64,000 nt of DNA from Armatimonadota bacterium (lineage in GTDB: Bacteria; Armatimonadota; UBA5829; DSUL01). Each line of letters opens with the position of its first letter. The stretch's first letter is position 1. Of the stretch, positions 18,853-28,998 are shown piece by piece. The notes beneath the pieces were generated by a model. That model had not been told where the DNA came from and made no database searches. It was given only the letters and a program-made list of their open reading frames with translations. The translations under genes were made by a program, and so were the position numbers. The stretch lies in NCBI GenBank assembly GCA_039811685.1, contig JBDHZC010000001.1:32001-96000 (forward strand), in the 5' to 3' direction.

Positions 18853-20973
18853 TCAGTCGAGCTTCAGCGCTTGCCCGGGCTGAGTTGTCAAACTGCGGGT
18901 GGACGGATTGAGAACGCCCCGAGCAAACACAAAGTCCCCGTTCTGGAAAAGGTGTCCCGGAAGGGAAACTCGCACGGGCTGCTCAGAGCCATCATCTAAC
19001 TCAAATGTGTCGCCGTTGATGACGTGCACACGTCCCCACGTGCCGAAGAGGGCGTGTGTAGCGGCTGTGGGCACAAGCTCATCATTGCGCAAATTGAAGT
19101 TGTTGAGGCGATAGACTGGGCCGGTCACGTAGGAGCCAGATGTGTCTGCTCCGACATTGCCAACACCGTCTGTCGCTTCAATCGTCACCGGATGCGATCC
19201 GATCTCCGAGTCTGCGTTGATAGCTCCGGCCCACACAGTTCCCCCAGAGGGACTAAGGCTGACGCCATTGGCCTTGACGCTTACAACGCCCGAAGTGTCC
19301 GCAACTGTGGCAGAAATCTGCAGAGCGTCGTTTGCGGCGACAAGCGATGGCAGAACTTCCACGTTCGAAATGGCTGGTGGATTGGACTCTGGCGCGACAA
19401 CAACATCCTGTTCAATGGTTGGACCGAACCAAGCCACGTTCTCCTGCAGCATTCTCCAATCCGTTCGGTAGGTTCCGGGTGTTAGCGGCGCTTTCAGTGT
19501 TATCGCGAAGGTGACTGTATCACCGGGGCTGACTTCGCCGGGAAGCTCAAATCTCGTCTGCGAAGATAGCGGATCAGAATCTCCCCACGCGCCCAGTCTG
19601 TAGTTGCGCGCGCTTGTCCAGAGTACACCGCGGTTTCGGAAGCTCAGGTGTACCTGCCGGACTTCTCCTGGCAGCATCTGTGTTGGGATGTCATGGCTGA
19701 CGATCTCATCAGACTGAAACGCCCATGTGGGCTGCACGCCATAATAGTCACAAATGCCCTTGTATATGCCCCACATCCCCGCGCTGCGAAAGTAGTTGTC
19801 GCGAAGAAAAACGGCGTCGCGGTCGCAGGTGTCGTGGAAGCCGAGCTCCACCAGGGCTGCAGCGCACTCAGGAATACGCGTCTCGTAATTGCCTCCATTG
19901 AAATCCGGTACACCGCGGTCAGACCAGGTCGCGTCATAGTTTGTGCGAATAGTCGAAACAACCGCACTTTGCACCTTCAGAGCCAGTGTCTTACTGATGG
20001 CGCCCCAGGCTGTGTGCGAGGCGCTGTTGTCGTAATAGGTGGCGACACCGGTCGGACAGCCTGCTCCTTCGCAGAATCCTGACAGCCCATTGGTGTGGAC
20101 CGCAATGTGCAGGTCCGCGCCGTCGTAGTTGGGCATCAGGCCACGCGCCCTGATGTTGTCATTGCTTTCGCTCGCGCCTGAGCCCAGCACACAATCTCCG
20201 GTGGAGTTAGCATAGACGCTGCACGGATAGCCGCGAGATTGCAGCCAGTAGGACGGCCCCATGCGCCACCACTGTGCGCCGGAAACGGCGTACACTCCGT
20301 ACGACTTGTCCATGCAGCGGTTCGGGATAACGTCTGCTCCGTCGCTCTGAAGATAGGAGAGCAGGTAGATGCTCATCTCCAGTGTGTGGTAGTCCTCCTC
20401 ATTCAGAGGAGAGCAGTACGGGGGTCTGTCTGTTGACCATCCGGATCCACCCCACTTCAGCCCGTGCCCTGGAGAAAGCGAAATACGTTTGCCGGCCAGC
20501 TTGTTACCGGTAGCCTGAAGTTCGACTCCCTGTGGTTCCAAAGCGCGGGTTCGCGGCGTAATTGGCGATTGCGCAGGTGTCCACGTGTAAAGATCTCTCC
20601 CATTCGCCAGAATGCGCACACTCTCCTGAATACCGTGCGCTTCGAGAGTCATTTTCACCTGGTGGTAGATCGCTTCCAGCCGCGCGTCATCCAGTCCTGT
20701 GCCGATCAGCTCCTGCGAAAAGTCAACTGTGATTGTCTGGCCCTTGGCGGCGTAGGCGAGCAGACGCGTTTCTGGCGGGAGCGCTGATGTCAACCCCGCT
20801 GGAGGGTAGGGCAGAAGCATAAGAGCAGCGGGCGCATCAACGGCAGCCGCCAGATTCGCGCCGGAGAGTGAACCGGCATGGTCATAGTACACGACTACGC
20901 CGCTTGATGCCGGCCGACAAACGGAAAGGGCGGTCAGCGCAAAAATACTCGCTTGCCAGAAACAAAAACGCAT
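18853..20973 (-). CDS. Secreted N-acetylmuramoyl-L-alanine amidase (Amidase_3) with GerMN, NBR1-like Ig, Ig and C-terminal OB-like domains
   Basis: 'SPGHG', 'E', 'HTN', 'LVELGF' Zn/catalytic motifs; GerMN-like 'TVDFS'. Confidence 0.85.
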   Translation of the reverse strand: MRFCFWQASIFALTALSVCRPASSGVVVYYDHAGSLSGANLAAAVDAPAALMLLPYPPAGLTSALPPETRLLAYAAKGQTITVDFSQELIGTGLDDARLEAIYHQVKMTLEAHGIQESVRILANGRDLYTWTPAQSPITPRTRALEPQGVELQATGNKLAGKRISLSPGHGLKWGGSGWSTDRPPYCSPLNEEDYHTLEMSIYLLSYLQSDGADVIPNRCMDKSYGVYAVSGAQWWRMGPSYWLQSRGYPCSVYANSTGDCVLGSGASESNDNIRARGLMPNYDGADLHIAVHTNGLSGFCEGAGCPTGVATYYDNSASHTAWGAISKTLALKVQSAVVSTIRTNYDATWSDRGVPDFNGGNYETRIPECAAALVELGFHDTCDRDAVFLRDNYFRSAGMWGIYKGICDYYGVQPTWAFQSDEIVSHDIPTQMLPGEVRQVHLSFRNRGVLWTSARNYRLGAWGDSDPLSSQTRFELPGEVSPGDTVTFAITLKAPLTPGTYRTDWRMLQENVAWFGPTIEQDVVVAPESNPPAISNVEVLPSLVAANDALQISATVADTSGVVSVKANGVSLSPSGGTVWAGAINADSEIGSHPVTIEATDGVGNVGADTSGSYVTGPVYRLNNFNLRNDELVPTAATHALFGTWGRVHVINGDTFELDDGSEQPVRVSLPGHLFQNGDFVFARGVLNPSTRSLTTQPGQALKLD

Positions 20974-21040
20974 GGGGATGGCCTCACTGTGCGCGGCTAC
21001 AGCGCGCTACATTCAGTATAGGGTCCCCTGAGCGCTCCGG

Positions 21041-21964
21041 TCAAGGCATTTGCTTTGTAGGACCCTGCCCGAAAACCGCCTGTGTCCAGCATTGCGCGCC
21101 GTCTGAAGAGGTTACGCGGACTCGCCCGTAAACTGCGTTCTGTGGGAGCTCGAAGCGCGCCTGCGTACCGCTCAGGCTACTCGCAACTTTTCCATCGCTG
21201 ACAAACTCGATAAGATAGGTGTCTGCGCCTGCCGTTTGCACGTCCACAAAGATGCTGCTGTCCGTGATCTGGAGGTCTTTCAGAGAAACGCCGGTGGAAG
21301 CGTAGAAATCGCCAGCGGCAATAGCTGCGATGATCTTCTCTGTGCTCAGCGCTTCAGCCCGGACCACAATCCATCCGCGCCCAGGATTCGCCCATTCCTT
21401 CCCCATCTGTTTGAAGTGGTGAGCGTCGTCAACCGCTACTCCCAGCACTCGCCGCCCTTTGCTGAGCACTGCATCCCATATCTGCTCTGCACTCGGTAAA
21501 CCCTGCGAAGGATCTCCTTCGTTATGTACTTCGGGATGTCCGCTCCACATCTCAATCATGCGCACACCTGGTACAGCCAGCAAATCTTCACTCGTAATGG
21601 CGTAGTAGAAGTTCGGGTGATTCACGTGGGCGAGCGCCCCGGTTTCTTCGATAGCCGCAATATCGCGCACAATGGCCTCAGACACGGTATCGCCACTTCG
21701 CGGACGGATGACTCCGCTCGGATTCAGTGCATTTATGTGTACGGGTTTGCCGTCAGCAAAGTCGGTCACCTCTTCACCGGCTATCAGGATAAACTCAGGG
21801 GTCTCGAGATGTCTGAAACGGGAGATATCCAGTACCAAATTGTGGTCGGTGTGGACCAGAAAGTTGTAGCCAGAGTCCTTGTGGTAGGCGATTACGGTTT
21901 CTGGAGAGCTGTCTCCATCAGATTCATTTGTGTGGCAATGAGTGCTTCCTCGATACCAGGGCAT
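21041..21964 (-). CDS. PHP-domain (CehA/McbA-like) metallohydrolase
   Basis: 'HCHTNESDG', 'TDHN', 'NHP', 'DDAH'. Confidence 0.88.
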   Translation of the reverse strand: MPWYRGSTHCHTNESDGDSSPETVIAYHKDSGYNFLVHTDHNLVLDISRFRHLETPEFILIAGEEVTDFADGKPVHINALNPSGVIRPRSGDTVSEAIVRDIAAIEETGALAHVNHPNFYYAITSEDLLAVPGVRMIEMWSGHPEVHNEGDPSQGLPSAEQIWDAVLSKGRRVLGVAVDDAHHFKQMGKEWANPGRGWIVVRAEALSTEKIIAAIAAGDFYASTGVSLKDLQITDSSIFVDVQTAGADTYLIEFVSDGKVASSLSGTQARFELPQNAVYGRVRVTSSDGAQCWTQAVFGQGPTKQMP

Positions 21965-22089
21965 AGCGCATCCTTTCTCTCTTGACTCACCAAAGTGTGA
22001 CCCTTCTCACACACTTTGGCAACTCTGGTAAGTGCTGACTCTGGTGTTTTCGCCGGTCATGCCTTACACTAAAGGAGGAGAAGATTGCT

Positions 22090-23721
22090 ATGTTTGAGTT
22101 TAGACGAGCGCTGGCTCTGGGACTGCTGGCGGCTGCGTGTTCAACCCTGACATCCGGAGGCGCCTGTGCCGGCTATCGCGTGATCAATCTCGGCGTAGCT
22201 CCCGGTACGACGGGCACACAAGCGCGCGCGATCAACAACTCAGGTGTCATCGCCGGATATACCACGGGCCTTGAGCGCGCGTTCCGCTATATCGGCGGAA
22301 GGGGGATTGAACTGCTTCCTACGCTGGGTGGAGGTGTCGGAAGGGCGTACGGGCTGAACGATTCAGGGGATGTCGCGGGCTACTCTTACCTGGAAGACAA
22401 CTCCATTCGCGCGTTTCGCTGGGCAGAACACTCCGGCATCGAGAACCTGGGGACCTTTCCGGTAGGCGGCGGCTCCAGTCAGGCAACTGCGATCAATGCG
22501 AGCGGTCAGGTGGCCGGATTCGCACTGCTAAACGGCTCGCAGCGGGCTTTTCGCTACTCCAACGGCGTCATTCAGGACCTTGGCGTCCTGCCCGGAGCCG
22601 CCGAGGGCGCTGTAAGCGTGGCGAACGCACTCAATGATCTGGGCGAAGTAGTTGGAGATGCGTCCACTACAGATCTGCTTATCAAAGAAGCCTTCCGGAC
22701 GGACCCCAATGGCCAGAATATGACTGGTCTGGGCACGCTGGGTGGGGCGCAAAGCTGGGCAACTGCTGTCAACAACAGCGGACAGATTACCGGCTACGCC
22801 AAGACCAGTCTTGGCGAGACTCATGCCTACCGGAGAGAGGCGGCCGGGTCTCTGCGGGATCTGCGGACCCTTGGTGGAACGCGCAGCTATGGTTACAGCA
22901 TCAACTCCGATGGTTACGTGGTGGGGTACTCAACGACACCGGGAGACACTTCCCAGCACGCATTTATCTGGCGCAATACACTGGAGGGAATGACCGATCT
23001 CAACTCTATGCTGCCTCCAGACTCTGGTTGGATTCTAGAGAGCGCTTACGGTATCAACGATTCAGGGCAGATTACGGGAGTTGGCCGCTACAAGGGCTCT
23101 CCAGCGGCATTTCTGCTAACCAGCGACGACACCGCTCCGAGTATCGTCAATACCACCGCGAGTCCGGGTCTCGCAGCGCCTGGTCAGATTGTGTCGCTGG
23201 CGGTTACAGCAACGGATGACGTGGGCGTCACGAGCGCCCTGGCGGACGATATTCCGTTGCAGAAAGATCCGATCGACGGCGTTTGGAAAGGAAACCTAAC
23301 TGCTGAGCCTTCACCAGGAAAACATGCATTTCACGTCGTCGCCTACGACGCCTCAGGCAACTCGGCTTCTCAGGATGTCTCTTACACTACGGCTCACCGA
23401 GTCGTTGCCAACAATCGCGCCCTTACGCATCCACTGATTGCCACAGTTCGGGATGCGTTCGTTTTCACGGCGCGTGGGAGAGTTGTGTCTGTTGATCCTG
23501 TTCTGAAGCTGTGGGACGGCTCTGAAGTGTTCGGGGAGCCGACTCTCATATCCATCTTCGGGGCGGCAGGGTCTTTTCAAATTGGTGATTATATCAGCGT
23601 CACTGGAATTGTCACGGCCTTGGGTTCAAATCCAGCTATCGCGACAACTCCAGACCAGGTGATCAAGCACAACCAAAGCAGGCTTTCACACGCCCTCCGA
23701 GCGTCAACGTGTGGGAGGTAG
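22090..23721 (+). CDS. Secreted HAF-repeat protein with Ig and C-terminal OB-like domains
   Basis: Signal peptide; repeated 'LGTLGG..S.A..IN..GQV.G...HAF'. Confidence 0.88.
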   Translation: MFEFRRALALGLLAAACSTLTSGGACAGYRVINLGVAPGTTGTQARAINNSGVIAGYTTGLERAFRYIGGRGIELLPTLGGGVGRAYGLNDSGDVAGYSYLEDNSIRAFRWAEHSGIENLGTFPVGGGSSQATAINASGQVAGFALLNGSQRAFRYSNGVIQDLGVLPGAAEGAVSVANALNDLGEVVGDASTTDLLIKEAFRTDPNGQNMTGLGTLGGAQSWATAVNNSGQITGYAKTSLGETHAYRREAAGSLRDLRTLGGTRSYGYSINSDGYVVGYSTTPGDTSQHAFIWRNTLEGMTDLNSMLPPDSGWILESAYGINDSGQITGVGRYKGSPAAFLLTSDDTAPSIVNTTASPGLAAPGQIVSLAVTATDDVGVTSALADDIPLQKDPIDGVWKGNLTAEPSPGKHAFHVVAYDASGNSASQDVSYTTAHRVVANNRALTHPLIATVRDAFVFTARGRVVSVDPVLKLWDGSEVFGEPTLISIFGAAGSFQIGDYISVTGIVTALGSNPAIATTPDQVIKHNQSRLSHALRASTCGR

Positions 23722-23739
23722 TTCTGCTCGAGACGGTTT

Positions 23740-24648
23740 CTACCGGGTTTTCTGCCCGAGTGGCTCTGCCGGCTCAGAGGTCTGCGGCTCCGTATGGATG
23801 ATGACGTCTGTCGCGCCTGTGGACTCCTCAACTGCGCGCTGCACATCGTGTGTGATCTCGTGCGCCTTGCGCAGGGTAATCTCCGGATCGACCCGGATAT
23901 GAAGATCTACAGAGCGCCTTTTCTCCGTTCCCCTGGACCGTATCTTCTCGACAGAGAGCACGCCCTCTACACCCAAGGCAGCAGACTCTATCTGCTCGGG
24001 CTCGATGTCTGTCTCGTCGGTGAGCACGCGGGTAGCGCGCTTGAAGATCAGCCACGCGCTGTAGAATATGGCTGCCGTGACAGCCAGCGCGGCTATCGGA
24101 TCGAATATTGTGGCGCCACTCCACGCCAGCGCAAGAGCCAGCAGAACGCCTCCAGACACGAATATGTCGCTTTGTGTCTGAAGGGAGTCCGCGTGGAGAA
24201 TGTCGGAGTTGTACCGGCGCGCCGCACGGCGCTCGTAAGCAGTCACAAATACGTTGATTACCATCGTCACAATCATAACGACGATATTGAGAAATGTTAT
24301 GTGAGGATGTTGCTGATGGATGAGTCTGGCAACGGACTCCTGAATAATCTCGATGGCTGTGTAGATGACAACGGCGCCAATTACCAGAGACGTGAGCGTT
24401 TCGATTTTATGATGGCCGTAGGGATGATTGGAGTCTGGCGGTCGAGCTCCTGCTGTTACTCCCACAAGCCCGACTACGTTCGAGAGACTGTCCAGCAGCG
24501 AGTGCACTCCATCCGCGACCATGCTCAGCGTATTTGTCAAGAGCCCGACTACTAGCTTTGCCAGGGCGACCAGGATATTCATCACCATGACCTGCACGAG
24601 GACACGGCGCACATTGCGCAGCCGGATTTTCCAGTCAGTCTGTTTCAT
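23740..24648 (-). CDS. Cation diffusion facilitator (FieF-like)
   Basis: 'ADGVHSLLD', 'HPYGHHKIE', C-terminal dimerisation domain 'IIHTEP'; start set at MKQTDW. Confidence 0.92.
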   Translation of the reverse strand: MKQTDWKIRLRNVRRVLVQVMVMNILVALAKLVVGLLTNTLSMVADGVHSLLDSLSNVVGLVGVTAGARPPDSNHPYGHHKIETLTSLVIGAVVIYTAIEIIQESVARLIHQQHPHITFLNIVVMIVTMVINVFVTAYERRAARRYNSDILHADSLQTQSDIFVSGGVLLALALAWSGATIFDPIAALAVTAAIFYSAWLIFKRATRVLTDETDIEPEQIESAALGVEGVLSVEKIRSRGTEKRRSVDLHIRVDPEITLRKAHEITHDVQRAVEESTGATDVIIHTEPQTSEPAEPLGQKTR

Positions 24649-24818
24649 TTGAGGTTGTGCGTGAAGTTTGCTACAGCTATTGGAACGCGCACCGCACGCT
24701 CGCACAGGCGCTTGTCAAATAGACAACGGTGGTTTTGACGGATACAGAGTATATTCTACCCTGTCACTGCCTGCGCGGACGATTATCTCAGCGGCGTGAC
24801 ACATGGGAGGAACATGTT

Positions 24819-25196
24819 TTGAGCGATTTTCGGACCACATTCCTGCATTGTCGCATCCGGGTGGGCGATCTCGACAAAAGCGTGCGGTTCTACACAGACG
24901 TGTTCGGGTTCAAAGAACTGCGCCGCTCGACGTCTCCAGCCGGCAATCAACTCTGCTTTCTGGAGTTGCCGGGAAACACCACCAAACTGGAGTTGGCCCA
25001 CTCACCGGATTTTGGAGCTATCGAGTTTCCCGAGGACATCTTTCACTTTGCGTTCGACACGCCGGATCTGGATGCGTTTCGGAAGAAGTGGGAGCCTGAG
25101 GGAGTCGAGTTCTGGCCGGAGGACGGACCGGTAAACGGCCATTTCTACTTCATCAGCGATCCGGACGGATATGAAATAGAAGTCCTCAAAGCGTGA
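24819..25196 (+). CDS. VOC/glyoxalase (lactoylglutathione lyase-like)
   Basis: 'FLHCRIRVGDL..S..FY', 'HFAF', 'DPDGYEIE'; TTG after GGAGG. Confidence 0.88.
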   Translation: MSDFRTTFLHCRIRVGDLDKSVRFYTDVFGFKELRRSTSPAGNQLCFLELPGNTTKLELAHSPDFGAIEFPEDIFHFAFDTPDLDAFRKKWEPEGVEFWPEDGPVNGHFYFISDPDGYEIEVLKA

Positions 25197-26158
25197 TTTC
25201 TCACACCGTCCGTCTGTTGAAAACGGTGAAGCTGTGGCGTCTCATCTTTCTGTGCTGCGCTATGACGGTGGCCGCCAGCCACTTCCAGGCGTCCGCCACA
25301 GAGATAAAGATAGCGACTTACAACGTCGAGAATTTATTTGACGCGTACGACGATCCGTACGCCGCCGACGTTGACCGCTACAAGGGCGATACGTTGATGT
25401 CCAAGCCACTAGCGGAGTTGAAAGCTCTCGCTGAGGTCATTCGCGCACTGAACGCAGATGTTCTGGGGCTTCAGGAAGTGGAAAACAGGGGTTTTCTGGA
25501 GGAGTTCAACAAAAAGTATCTCTCAGGGATGGGATACCGCTATGTTGAACTGATTGAAGGAAACGATACCCGAGGCATAGACGTGGCCGTTCTCAGCCGT
25601 ATCCCAATGGGAGCGATTGTGAGCTACAGGCATCTCCCGCTCGAGACGTCAGCGACGGCGGGGTCTGCGCGCTTCTCGAGGGATTTGCTGCAGGTGGAGC
25701 TGCGTCCGCGAAACGCCAGGGCATTTTCCGTGTATGTCACGCATCTGCGCTCCCGGATGGGTGGGGCAGACTCAGCGCGGCAGAGAGAGGCGGAAGCCCA
25801 CAAGATCAGAGAAATCTGGGACAATAGGCTGAAATCGCAGCCGCAGTCTCTTTTTCTTCTGCTTGCGGATGTCAACGACGATCCAGCGTCGGCGACTGTT
25901 CGGATTCTGAAGGGGAAAGGCAAGCTCGCAGTTTTGCCACTGGGCGCCAGGGCCGCGGATGGCTCAGAGTGGACGGAACAGTCGCGCTTCACTTCGCGAT
26001 ACCCACCGATCCGCTTTGACTACATTTTCGCAAGTCCTGCCATGGGAAAGCGTGTGCGGGCTACAGGGGTCCTGCGAGGCCCGAAGAACTCTTCGCTTTT
26101 CCGCGCAACACGCTCTGCGGGAGATCATTTTCCGGTCTGGGCCATCGTTGATCTGTGA
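25193..26158 (+). CDS. Secreted endonuclease/exonuclease/phosphatase family protein
   Basis: 'ATYNVENLFD', 'LQEVE', 'DVND', 'FDYIF', 'GDHFPV'. Confidence 0.9.
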   Translation: MISHTVRLLKTVKLWRLIFLCCAMTVAASHFQASATEIKIATYNVENLFDAYDDPYAADVDRYKGDTLMSKPLAELKALAEVIRALNADVLGLQEVENRGFLEEFNKKYLSGMGYRYVELIEGNDTRGIDVAVLSRIPMGAIVSYRHLPLETSATAGSARFSRDLLQVELRPRNARAFSVYVTHLRSRMGGADSARQREAEAHKIREIWDNRLKSQPQSLFLLLADVNDDPASATVRILKGKGKLAVLPLGARAADGSEWTEQSRFTSRYPPIRFDYIFASPAMGKRVRATGVLRGPKNSSLFRATRSAGDHFPVWAIVDL

Positions 26159-26167
26159 GTGACTCTC

Positions 26168-26845
26168 TCAGGCGGCCTCTTCTCGAGTCTGGAGCGAAGC
26201 TTCCGGCAAAGCCTCTACCAGAGCCTCCGCCGTTGTATCGAGCTTTTTCACCACTTTCAGAAAGGCTTCCACAACTTCCGGGTCGAACTGCGTGCCGGAG
26301 CAGCGCCTGATTTCCTGAACTGCATCTCCGAGCGTCATCGGTTCGCGCCATGGCACGGTCGAGGTGAGGATGTCGAAGGTTTCGGCGACCGAGATGATCC
26401 TGGCTCCTAGCGGAATGTCATCACCCGCAAGGCCGTCAGGATATCCTCTCCCGTTCCAGCACTCGTGGTGGTGCTTGATCATTGGAAGCGCGCCCTGGAG
26501 TCCTTCGATCCTTTCCAGTATGCGAATTCCGATGACAGAATGAAGCTTCATCGCCGAGAACTCTTCGTCAGAGAGTCGCCCGATTTTGTTCACAATGCTT
26601 TTGGAGACGCCGATCTTTCCGATGTCGTGGAGGCTGGCGGCATATCGCAGATCGGCCAGAGCCGAAGGGCCCAGCCCCATCGCCTCGCCGATGTCCATAC
26701 AAAGGTCGCGCACGCGCTCGCTGTGGCCCTGGGCGTTAGCGTCACTTGCTCCCGCTACGCTGAGAAGCGCCTGAGTCGTCTCTTCCTGGACTGCGCCGGC
26801 ATTTCTACTGGTAGTGGCGCTTGCTGCCGATCTGATATGCGTCAT
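26168..26845 (-). CDS. Stand-alone HD-GYP phosphodiesterase
   Basis: 'HSERV', 'LHDIGK', 'HHECWNGRGYP', 'GTQFDP'. Confidence 0.92.
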   Translation of the reverse strand: MTHIRSAASATTSRNAGAVQEETTQALLSVAGASDANAQGHSERVRDLCMDIGEAMGLGPSALADLRYAASLHDIGKIGVSKSIVNKIGRLSDEEFSAMKLHSVIGIRILERIEGLQGALPMIKHHHECWNGRGYPDGLAGDDIPLGARIISVAETFDILTSTVPWREPMTLGDAVQEIRRCSGTQFDPEVVEAFLKVVKKLDTTAEALVEALPEASLQTREEAA

Positions 26846-27183
26846 TCACAACTCCATTTGCAAGTGCAGCCTTCTCCGCAGAGAGTGCCAGTTAGCGGCA
26901 GACAGGCGACTGGGGCGGTCTGCGACATTCCTGTAATTGTAAGGGCACTGGATAGAGTTGGCTGCATCAGTTCAATCATCGGCACGTTGCGCTCTTTGCC
27001 TCAGGGCTAATGGCACAGCCAGAGGCATTGAATTGTCTTTCCGGCAAACATGTCAGGCTGTGGAGAGTGCGGGTAGAATATAGACATCTGCGTTCTCCAC
27101 AGGAGTGACCAGCCTGGACTACCCTACTGCGGCGTGAACAAAGGCCTTGTACGCGTCAGAACAACTCAGACAGAGGGGCAGTG

Positions 27184-27348
27184 TCGCGTCGGCCTGCCAG
27201 GGTTGGTGACCCGGATGGGAGGAGTTTTCCCCTTCAGAGCGAACAGTTCGGGCGCTCGCTTCGTCTAAGCATTGTTAGTGGTTCTTCTTTAGAGGGGAAG
27301 ACCTGTGTTGTCAGCCCTGGCAGCGCGAGTCCTCGTCTTCGGAGAGGA
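27184..27348 (+). ncRNA. Candidate structured ncRNA (unassigned; possibly 6S-like)
   Basis: 17-bp stem 27194-210/27307-323, 10-bp stem 27224-233/27293-302, following cUUCGg hairpin. Confidence 0.4.
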
Positions 27349-27384
27349 AGCGCCGCGCAGAGCGTTGAAGACTAATTCCGATAT

Positions 27385-28536
27385 TTGATGAGCAGCACGC
27401 AAGAACACACTGATTCGCCGACCGCGGCAGGGGCGATTTCCAATCTAACACACTCGCTGTCTGTCCTCCCGCAATCCTTCTCTGAGAAGCAGCGTCTGAT
27501 GGGCATGCTGCTCATTCTGTGGGCGCTGATAGGGGTGCTGGACTATCTGGATTTGCGCTTTTTTGGGCGTGCCTACCCCGTCTCAGTGTTGTACGTTCTG
27601 GTCATCTTCCCGGCTGCCATCGTCTTTGGCCTGCGAGGTCTGCTGACTGCCACGGTGGCTGTAGTGTTGATGTACCACCTCTCCAATGGCAAAACGTCGA
27701 TTTTCAACTATTCCGAAGCGGAAGTGCTGCGGCTTGCGTTTATCGTTGCGATCGGTTTGGCGTTTGAGAGAATAGGACGAGACCGGCGCAATCTCCGCGA
27801 GGCTCTGGCGAAGCTCCAGCAGCAGACACGGGCGCGTGAAGACTTGACGCACATGCTTGTGCACGACCTGCGCACTCCGCTGACCGGGATCATTACGTCG
27901 TTGCAGACTCTACAGCACGGCGTGGTGGGAGACCTCGAGCCGGATCAAATGGAGATGGTGGACTTCGCGGTCAGCGACGGGCAGCGGCTGCTGGAGATGG
28001 TGAATCAGATACTGGACGTTTCCAAGCTGGAGGCAGGCGAAATGCCTCTCAGACTGCAGAAAGTCGAGCTGTCGGATGTCGCTGACAAAGCCTGTCGCAT
28101 TGTCACACCAATTGCGGAGGAGTCTGGTATCAATCTGCACCACTCCTGCAACGGGCTGAAGGCCAATATGGATCCGGAGCTAATCCGGCGCGTGCTGGTG
28201 AACCTGCTTGGAAACGCGCTGAAGTTCACTCCTCGAGGAGGGGATGTCAGCATTCAGTCCCTGGACGGGGAGAGCGATCATCTCGCTCATCTGATTGTCC
28301 GCGACACAGGCCGCGGTATCCCTGCAAGCGATCTCAAGCGTGTTTTCGAAAAGTACGCGCAGTCTAACGGAGCGGAAAAAGCCGGGCCTTCCACAGGTAT
28401 CGGTCTGACGTTTTGCCGGCTGGCCGTAGAAGCGCACGGTGGACATATCTGGGCGCAGAGCGAGTTGGGTCAGGGCACAGAGATCCATATCACAATGCCG
28501 ATTGATGGCCCCTCTCCATCCGCAGAGAACAACTGA
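27385..28536 (+). CDS. Membrane sensor histidine kinase
   Basis: TM N-terminus, H-box 'HDLRTPL', 'NALKF', 'DTGRGI', 'GIGL'. Confidence 0.93.
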   Translation: MMSSTQEHTDSPTAAGAISNLTHSLSVLPQSFSEKQRLMGMLLILWALIGVLDYLDLRFFGRAYPVSVLYVLVIFPAAIVFGLRGLLTATVAVVLMYHLSNGKTSIFNYSEAEVLRLAFIVAIGLAFERIGRDRRNLREALAKLQQQTRAREDLTHMLVHDLRTPLTGIITSLQTLQHGVVGDLEPDQMEMVDFAVSDGQRLLEMVNQILDVSKLEAGEMPLRLQKVELSDVADKACRIVTPIAEESGINLHHSCNGLKANMDPELIRRVLVNLLGNALKFTPRGGDVSIQSLDGESDHLAHLIVRDTGRGIPASDLKRVFEKYAQSNGAEKAGPSTGIGLTFCRLAVEAHGGHIWAQSELGQGTEIHITMPIDGPSPSAENN

Positions 28537-28609
28537 GTCTGACTGCCGTCCGCAAAGTTTTGCATTTGCCGCCTGTTACTGATATGATGCTGGCGTAGGA
28601 CATATTCCT

Positions 28610-28996
28610 GTGGGTGATGAGTCGGCTATGGACGGAGACACAACGCAACGCGTGCAACAGTTGATGTCAGAGGGGCAGTTCGACGAAGCCATTCTACTGC
28701 TGGAAGAGTGGACTCGGCGTGAGCCTGGGAACTGGCAGGCATTTACGTGCCTGGGCGCGGCCTGCGCTCAACTCCGACGATTTGAACCAGCTATTCTCGC
28801 CTTCCGCCGAGCGACGCAGATCAAACCTCGCGCCGCCAACCTGCGATTCAATCTGGGACGGGCTTATGAGCTTTCTGGCCAACCCATAAAGGCTCTGCAC
28901 GAGTACGAGACGGCTATGCGCCTGGACAGTGGATACAGCCGCGCCCGTGAGGCGTACGCGGAGCTTCGAGAGCAGATGAAAGCCCGGCGAAGCTGA
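28610..28996 (+). CDS. TPR repeat protein
   Basis: About 3 TPR units ('LGAACAQL..FEPAI..F..A...P'). Confidence 0.85.
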   Translation: MGDESAMDGDTTQRVQQLMSEGQFDEAILLLEEWTRREPGNWQAFTCLGAACAQLRRFEPAILAFRRATQIKPRAANLRFNLGRAYELSGQPIKALHEYETAMRLDSGYSRAREAYAELREQMKARRS

Positions 28997-28998
28997 CT

